Origin: Pirellula staleyi DSM 6068 | Lineage (GTDB): Bacteria > Planctomycetota > Planctomycetia > Pirellulales > Pirellulaceae | Length of the DNA stretch: 32,000 bases | Reading direction: 5' to 3' | NCBI GenBank assembly: GCA_000025185.1 | Contig: CP001848.1 | Span: 2,520,001-2,552,000, forward strand | In this document: positions 26,925-32,000 of the stretch, one piece after another | Layout of the letters: the number at the start of each line of letters is the position of its first letter | Position numbering within the stretch: the first letter of the stretch is position 1 | Notes under the pieces: model-generated | Databases searched by the model: none | What the model saw: the letters and a program-made list of their open reading frames with translations, nothing else | What the model was told of the DNA's origin: nothing | Translations under genes and position numbers: made by a program

Positions 26925-27806
26925 CTACAGATCGAGCTCGATTCCCGTTTCCGTGACTCGGTACGGGACAATCTGATCGTCGCAGTAGCTGCCGCGGTGC
27001 TTGGCTATTTGCAAGGCTCGACCGACACGATTTCCTTGCTGCTGTTTCCCCATCAGGATGATCGTGTTGGCATTGGAGAGGATATCTCCCTCCGAGAGTG
27101 GCTTGCGAATCAGTTCGTCGAGCATCGTTTCGTGGGATGTGGCCAGCAGCAAGCTGCCGATACTCGCGGGCAGATACGGATGGGCTAAGACCTGAGTTTC
27201 GAATTTGCGATATTGCTCGCGAAAGAGATCGCGTGCGACCCAGTCGAAATCCTTTCTAAGGACCTGCTGATAGACATACTCAAGCAGGTGAAACTGAATC
27301 GATTCGCTCGGTCGATCTGCCGGTTCGATTCCGTCGAGCACGACGCGCTGCACGCCGCGAATGAAGTGGCCGTAGAGGAACGCAATCGCCGAACGGAGGC
27401 GGGAGTTCAGCTGCGCTTGCCACGTTTGCCAATCGTCCCAGTCGAGATCGCGCCGCGTGACGCGCCGCCCGCGATAGTCGAAGACATGCAGGTACTCACC
27501 AGCGGGTGGAGCTTCGAAAAATGGTTCCAAAATCGGCTGTTCTTCGGTATCGACGACGCTGAGATCCCAGTCGGCAAGCCGCTTGGCATACTCGGGATGG
27601 TTTTGCGAATCGCCGCGCGCGGTGGTATCGAAAAAGATGCCCCGCTTCCCCTCTTGCGCGAGACCAGCGTGGGCATACTGCACACCGAGTTGCGTTTTTC
27701 CAATTCCAGTCGCGCCGACTACCACCGTGAGCGTTCCTGGAAGAAGTCCTCCCCCCAGCATCTTGTCGAGCGCCGAAATTCCTGTCGATTGCCGTTTGCC
27801 ACTCAC
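26925..27806 (-). CDS. Stand-alone KaiC/RecA-superfamily ATPase (COG0467-like, single domain)
   Basis: GISALDKMLGGGLLPGTLTVVVGATGIGKTQLGVQYAHAG matches the KaiC/RadA N-terminal pattern, including the Walker A motif GATGIGKT. The Walker B candidate is RVVLDGIE. GTG start at 27806. Confidence 0.8.
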   Translation of the reverse strand: MSGKRQSTGISALDKMLGGGLLPGTLTVVVGATGIGKTQLGVQYAHAGLAQEGKRGIFFDTTARGDSQNHPEYAKRLADWDLSVVDTEEQPILEPFFEAPPAGEYLHVFDYRGRRVTRRDLDWDDWQTWQAQLNSRLRSAIAFLYGHFIRGVQRVVLDGIEPADRPSESIQFHLLEYVYQQVLRKDFDWVARDLFREQYRKFETQVLAHPYLPASIGSLLLATSHETMLDELIRKPLSEGDILSNANTIILMGKQQQGNRVGRALQIAKHRGSYCDDQIVPYRVTETGIELDL

Positions 27807-27938
27807 GCGCTCAAATCTCCGCTTTGAATATTCCAGGGATCGAAACGTAGTAGTCGAGATCGTAGTCGCGCGGCGGAGCGTTGACGAGGGTAGCGTGCCG
27901 CGACAGCAGGCAAATCACCGCCGGTCGCTGGAAATCAC

Positions 27939-28883
27939 TTAGCCGGCGGTTTGCCATTTTCCATCGCGAAAAATGACTTGGGACGGATCAAACTCGGTGA
28001 GGTTTCGCACCGATGGAAGGGCTCGCACTGGAAGTTTGTTCTGCTGATACGAATTTCCCCAAGAGGGTTTGGCCGCTGCGGGGGGGCGCTCTTTTTCAGG
28101 GAGTTTTGCGTCAAGAAGCGCTCTGCCGAGCAGGATTTCGGTTTCAAGAATCAGCTGCAGTTGTGCCCCAGAAAGTTCGGTAGCGGAGAGCATTGTGGCG
28201 AGAACGCTCGAAGTAAGTTTCGAGTTCACGCTGCTCAGCTGCGTCGCCAGTTGAGGCTCGCGCTCGAAGCGCGCCAGCACGGCGGCATCGCGACGTCGCA
28301 AGCCAGCAGCAACTTGCAAGAGCGCTTGTAGATCGGCGGGATCGGTATTTGTACGGGCCAAATCGGTGGACGAAGGGAGCCTCACGTTCGACGAGGGCAA
28401 AAGATAGAGCGCTCCATCGAGCCGCTTGCGCTCGGCGGCTGAAGATGCAAGGTAGCGCAGTCCCTTCACGCAGCTCTCAGTGAGCGACTCGGGTCCGAGC
28501 ACAGCCGCCAGATGATAGAGACGTCGAGCAGTCTCACGCGCTTCTGGATCGTTTGCCACTTCCGCCAGTTCTTCAGCGTACTCGAAATACTTTTGAGGCT
28601 GTTTGGGATCGAGCGCGGCGAGACGTTGTCGATCGACGGTATAGCGCAGCGCTGCGATCGTCTCTTTGGGAATCGTTTGTTCGGTGCGCTTCCCCGTCGA
28701 ATCTTCGAGCGCGATGACAAGGCTCGTTTCACTCTCGCGCAGCAAGTAGCCCGTCACAGGTTCTTTCGAGGTACGCAGGTACACGATCACAGCGCTTGCG
28801 CGTGGCAACTCACTGGCGATTTGCGCGAGCCCGAGCATCGCCAGGAGAAGGAGCGTTCGTAGCTGAAAGCGAAGAGGTTGCAA
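27939..28883 (-). CDS. Hypothetical secreted protein
   Basis: An in-frame TTG at 28883, 28 nt after the upstream stop, gives the signal-like N-terminus MQPLRFQLRTLLLLAMLGLAQIASELPRASA. The ATG at 28838 is an alternative. The longest form (29078) overlaps the upstream gene. No family recognised. Confidence 0.5.
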   Translation of the reverse strand: MQPLRFQLRTLLLLAMLGLAQIASELPRASAVIVYLRTSKEPVTGYLLRESETSLVIALEDSTGKRTEQTIPKETIAALRYTVDRQRLAALDPKQPQKYFEYAEELAEVANDPEARETARRLYHLAAVLGPESLTESCVKGLRYLASSAAERKRLDGALYLLPSSNVRLPSSTDLARTNTDPADLQALLQVAAGLRRRDAAVLARFEREPQLATQLSSVNSKLTSSVLATMLSATELSGAQLQLILETEILLGRALLDAKLPEKERPPAAAKPSWGNSYQQNKLPVRALPSVRNLTEFDPSQVIFRDGKWQTAG

Positions 28884-28911
28884 AAGATGTTCCGCACAAC
28901 GGTGAAATGAA

Positions 28912-31683
28912 TTAGGGAAGATACAGCAGCAGGATCTCGCCAGCGGCTGACTCACTTGCGAGCAGCTGATCGAGGATGGTGGTTGGCATGGGGGATCGCT
29001 GACGTGCTGCGCGTAGCGTTTCGAGCGAGTCGCGCTTGGTGGGGAGATCGCGCTCGGCATCCAGGGCGACTTTAGCAAGCCACACGTTGCTGGCGAGAAG
29101 TGTCAGCTCAAGATCACTGGTGGCCAAGAACTCGGCGGTATCGAGCTCTTTACGGAGCGCAGCGTCGGCTGGCGAACTACTCCGGCCTGGTGCCGACAGC
29201 TGCGCTTCGAGTAGTAGCGGCAGGACTTGTCCGGGGCTCGTCGCTCGCTCGGAAATGCTCGAGGGGACACCTGCCAGCGTCGCGCGGCGACGATATTCAC
29301 TCGTCAAACGCTCCTCGAGATGGTCGAGCGAAAGTTGAATGACGTGCGTCGTGACTTGACTAGCGGTGCTGCTCGACTGCGCTACCAAATCATCGACCAC
29401 TGCCTGTTTTAGGGCAATGGCTGCTGCTTCATGCGACCAGCGAAATGTGTCGGCTTGAGGACCGATCAAAAGTCCCACCACCTCTTCGAGTATCGATGGA
29501 GCAACCACCAATTTGTCGGCTGGTGTGGTTTCGAGTTTGTCGGCAAGTTGCAAGCGTAGTGCTCTGAACCGACGTAATGCACCGAGGGGCTCGAGTGTTG
29601 CGACATGTTCGTCGGTCGATTTTTCATCGGTGAGATACTGCACTAGAATCGTCGCCTGGCGCGACGAAAGATCTTCCGTTTGTGGTGCCAGCTGCGCGAT
29701 CCCTCGCAAGATGGAAGTTCGCTGGGGTGTCGGTAATTTGCGATAGTCTTCGAGCTGCGTGAAAAAACGCTCGAACGTACGCTTATCTCCGGCCGACATT
29801 TCGCCTGCTCGTGGAGGTGGAAGTGGCGACGCGAAAATATCGGGTGCTGTTTCAGCGCGGCTGACCGAAAGTTCCTCGAGCCACTGACTCGCCAGCGGCT
29901 TTCCGGCCGGGCCAGCCGCCACAGCGAGTAGCAGTGAGTTGATCGCCGCGATCTTTTCGATATCCGCCGCGACATCATTTTCGCTACGGAAGGCACCAGG
30001 GGCGGGCAAGTTGCGAAGGGCATCTTCCGCGAGGAGTTTGATGGCGGTGGTGTGATCGCCACTGGCAGCAGAACGTTCGACAACCGAAGCGGTGAGCTGT
30101 TTGCGAACAGCGGCTGATAGTTCGCGATCGGGAGGTGTGGTTGCGAGCCCTGCGCGGCGGGCAAGGACTTCCCCCCAAGCGGTTCGCAACTCGACATCGA
30201 TCGCTTCGTCGCGCAGCCGCGCAAGTTCCAGCAGCGTGATAGTGTCGGCTGATTCCGTGAGGGTGATAGCCAGTTGCTTTGCTGCTGCCGAGTTTCCTTG
30301 CACCTTCCGCGAGACAGCAACCAAGATCGACATGCGGAGTCGCGCGAGCTCCATCGCACTCACGGTTGAAGCAGCACGCTTGGCAAGTGTTTGTTCGAGA
30401 GTCACTACTTCGAGTGGACGATCAGAGGCTACCGACTCGAGATAGGCATAGAGTTTGGCCGTCACTTGCCCATCGACCTGGGCGGTACTTTCGCTAGTGA
30501 TGCTGGAGGAGAGTCGCGAGCGAAGGGCGCTATCGATTGCGCGACGCTGTGCCGTTCCCGGTTCAAGCGTTGCCTGTGCGCTCGCAAGTCGGCGGGCACC
30601 CCAGTACGCCATCTCGAAATCCTCGTTGGTCGGAGGAAGCGGAGTTCCGGGCGCTGGGAGTTCATTGATGAGCGCCTGGCACAAACTTTCTTGCGCTGCT
30701 GGATCGGGCTCAAGCAGCAGGAGGGTTTCAATAGCCGGGGTCAGCTCCGCGAGCATCGCATCGCGTCTGGCGGAACGACGCAGTGCGGTGAGCAGCTGCG
30801 GATAGGTTTGGGCGCGAGTCGCAGCGCTGGCGCTCGTGAGTGGCGCCAGAATGGCGGCGATCGAAGCGTCGCGATTGCCGGTGGTGGCGAGTGTGACCAG
30901 CAGTTCTGCGGGAACCCAGGGCGCGACTCCGGCTTCCTCGCTGTTGTTTGTGTTTTCGCCTGAACGAGAGGGCTCTGTTGTCTCCGTCGCTATCGGCTGA
31001 GAGCGACTTCGCATCACCGCGACAAAGTAGATCCCTGCGACGGTGAGGATCACAAAGGCCGCGCTTCCGAGGAGGACCATTTGCGTTCGTCTGCGACCAC
31101 GCACGAACGCTGCGCGATTGGCATCGAGATGCTCGCGTATGAGGGTGTCGATCAGTTCTTCATCGAGTCCCCAGCTTTGTCCCGCTGATCGCAAACGATC
31201 CCAGGCATCGCGCGCGAGCCACGAGGCATCTTTAGCGGCATCGGCGATGCTCGCATTAAAGTTGTCGATCGCCTGGTTGGTCGAGACACGCCGTAGCGAA
31301 AGAGCTTGGGCCACTTCCGCCAACACTTCACGCGCTTCGTTCTCCTCGATCGCATACTTGCGCTGGGCTGCGGTGATGATTTGCGTTTCAATCGCGGGAC
31401 CGATCACGGTCCTCTCGTGCCCCGCGAGATCTTTGGTGAGTCGCTTGCGAAACTTTTCAAGATCGGGATTGGTCGGTTTGGTTCCCGACGAATGGAGCCG
31501 CGCAAGTTCCGCTTCCACCGTTTTGTCATCGAGCTCCAGTTCGTCGGCAAGTTCCGTCAACCGCATCATCGCTTGGGGAGACATTCCCCGATTCTCGCGC
31601 AGAATGAGCGCGGCACGCGAGCGAAACTGCTCTAGCGGATTCGAGCTACCGTCGCCGATTGGTGGTGGAGTTTCGCTGCTCAT
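28912..31683 (-). CDS. Hypothetical 923-aa single-pass membrane protein: about 200-aa helical cytoplasmic N-domain and about 690-aa Ala/Leu-rich exported region
   Basis: The ATG at 31683 overlaps the upstream stop (ATGA). Single TM helix MVLLGSAAFVILTVAGIYFVAVM. Coding-like composition throughout. No family recognised. Confidence 0.65.
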   Translation of the reverse strand: MSSETPPPIGDGSSNPLEQFRSRAALILRENRGMSPQAMMRLTELADELELDDKTVEAELARLHSSGTKPTNPDLEKFRKRLTKDLAGHERTVIGPAIETQIITAAQRKYAIEENEAREVLAEVAQALSLRRVSTNQAIDNFNASIADAAKDASWLARDAWDRLRSAGQSWGLDEELIDTLIREHLDANRAAFVRGRRRTQMVLLGSAAFVILTVAGIYFVAVMRSRSQPIATETTEPSRSGENTNNSEEAGVAPWVPAELLVTLATTGNRDASIAAILAPLTSASAATRAQTYPQLLTALRRSARRDAMLAELTPAIETLLLLEPDPAAQESLCQALINELPAPGTPLPPTNEDFEMAYWGARRLASAQATLEPGTAQRRAIDSALRSRLSSSITSESTAQVDGQVTAKLYAYLESVASDRPLEVVTLEQTLAKRAASTVSAMELARLRMSILVAVSRKVQGNSAAAKQLAITLTESADTITLLELARLRDEAIDVELRTAWGEVLARRAGLATTPPDRELSAAVRKQLTASVVERSAASGDHTTAIKLLAEDALRNLPAPGAFRSENDVAADIEKIAAINSLLLAVAAGPAGKPLASQWLEELSVSRAETAPDIFASPLPPPRAGEMSAGDKRTFERFFTQLEDYRKLPTPQRTSILRGIAQLAPQTEDLSSRQATILVQYLTDEKSTDEHVATLEPLGALRRFRALRLQLADKLETTPADKLVVAPSILEEVVGLLIGPQADTFRWSHEAAAIALKQAVVDDLVAQSSSTASQVTTHVIQLSLDHLEERLTSEYRRRATLAGVPSSISERATSPGQVLPLLLEAQLSAPGRSSSPADAALRKELDTAEFLATSDLELTLLASNVWLAKVALDAERDLPTKRDSLETLRAARQRSPMPTTILDQLLASESAAGEILLLYLP

Positions 31684-32000
31684 GTCCCCGGCTTGCTTTC
31701 TGGGGCAGAAGAGGGAAACTTCGCGCCGAGCGTTTCAAACGACGCTTTCCAGCGGTCGGAACTCACTTGTGGATAGAGGACACGAAACTGGTCCCAGGTC
31801 TTTCTCGCTTGGGGAGCATCGGTGGCGAGTAGCGCTTCGAGCTGATGATATTTGGCTTCGAACCAATCGTCGGTTCCGCTCTTCGTTCCACTCAGAACTC
31901 GATTCCAGATTGGCAAGGCGAGCGCGAACTGCCGCGCGCGTGAATGCGATAGCGCTAGCCGCGTGAGGTACTTCTTTTCTTCGGGATAGGCGTCGACGAG
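31680..32000 (-). CDS. Hypothetical protein, TPR-like by eye, 5'-truncated by the window edge
   Basis: The minus-strand frame is open from nt 32000 (LVDAYPEEKKYLTRLALSHSRARQFALALPIWNRV...) to the TGA at 31680-31682, so the listed TTG at 31916 is probably internal. It is translationally coupled to the next gene. Confidence 0.5.
   Translation of the reverse strand, partial: LVDAYPEEKKYLTRLALSHSRARQFALALPIWNRVLSGTKSGTDDWFEAKYHQLEALLATDAPQARKTWDQFRVLYPQVSSDRWKASFETLGAKFPSSAPESKPGT

Overview
This is a GC-rich (roughly 55-60% by eye) chromosomal segment that looks planctomycetal, probably Pirellulales-like. The taxon guess rests on gene content: a YTV-type Cys-rich repeat protein, a BBP7/DUF1551-like outer-membrane barrel, a PVC-type dehydrogenase/HEAT/CxxCH protein, an orphan prepilin-type protein and a cadherin-like/SdrD-B adhesin fragment. 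About 27 protein genes and one tRNA-Gln(UUG) can be supported. Housekeeping genes are recognisable by motif: ygfZ-like, rex, an ECF sigma module, FKBP PPIase, family-4 UDG, der, ald and mtnA. I see no CRISPR array, transposase, integrase, rRNA or recognisable defence gene, so most of the window is ordinary core genome. Five regions deserve a second look. (1) A 579-aa Cys-rich YTV-type protein is built from two 16-aa repeat arrays with a 192-bp higher-order period. (2) A lower-GC orphan ORF is bracketed by 54-bp direct repeats (52/54 identical). (3) A minus-strand cluster at the right end holds a TPR-like partial gene, a 923-aa single-pass protein, a secreted protein and a stand-alone KaiC/RecA-like ATPase. 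This cluster is the most system-like unknown here, but I cannot assign it a function. (4) A roughly 650-bp non-coding gap contains an internal intrinsic terminator and may encode an sRNA. (5) A purine-rich structured tail follows the pilin-like gene. All domain calls come from motif recognition by eye and no searches were run. Many long antisense ORFs in the track are GC-driven shadow ORFs and were rejected.
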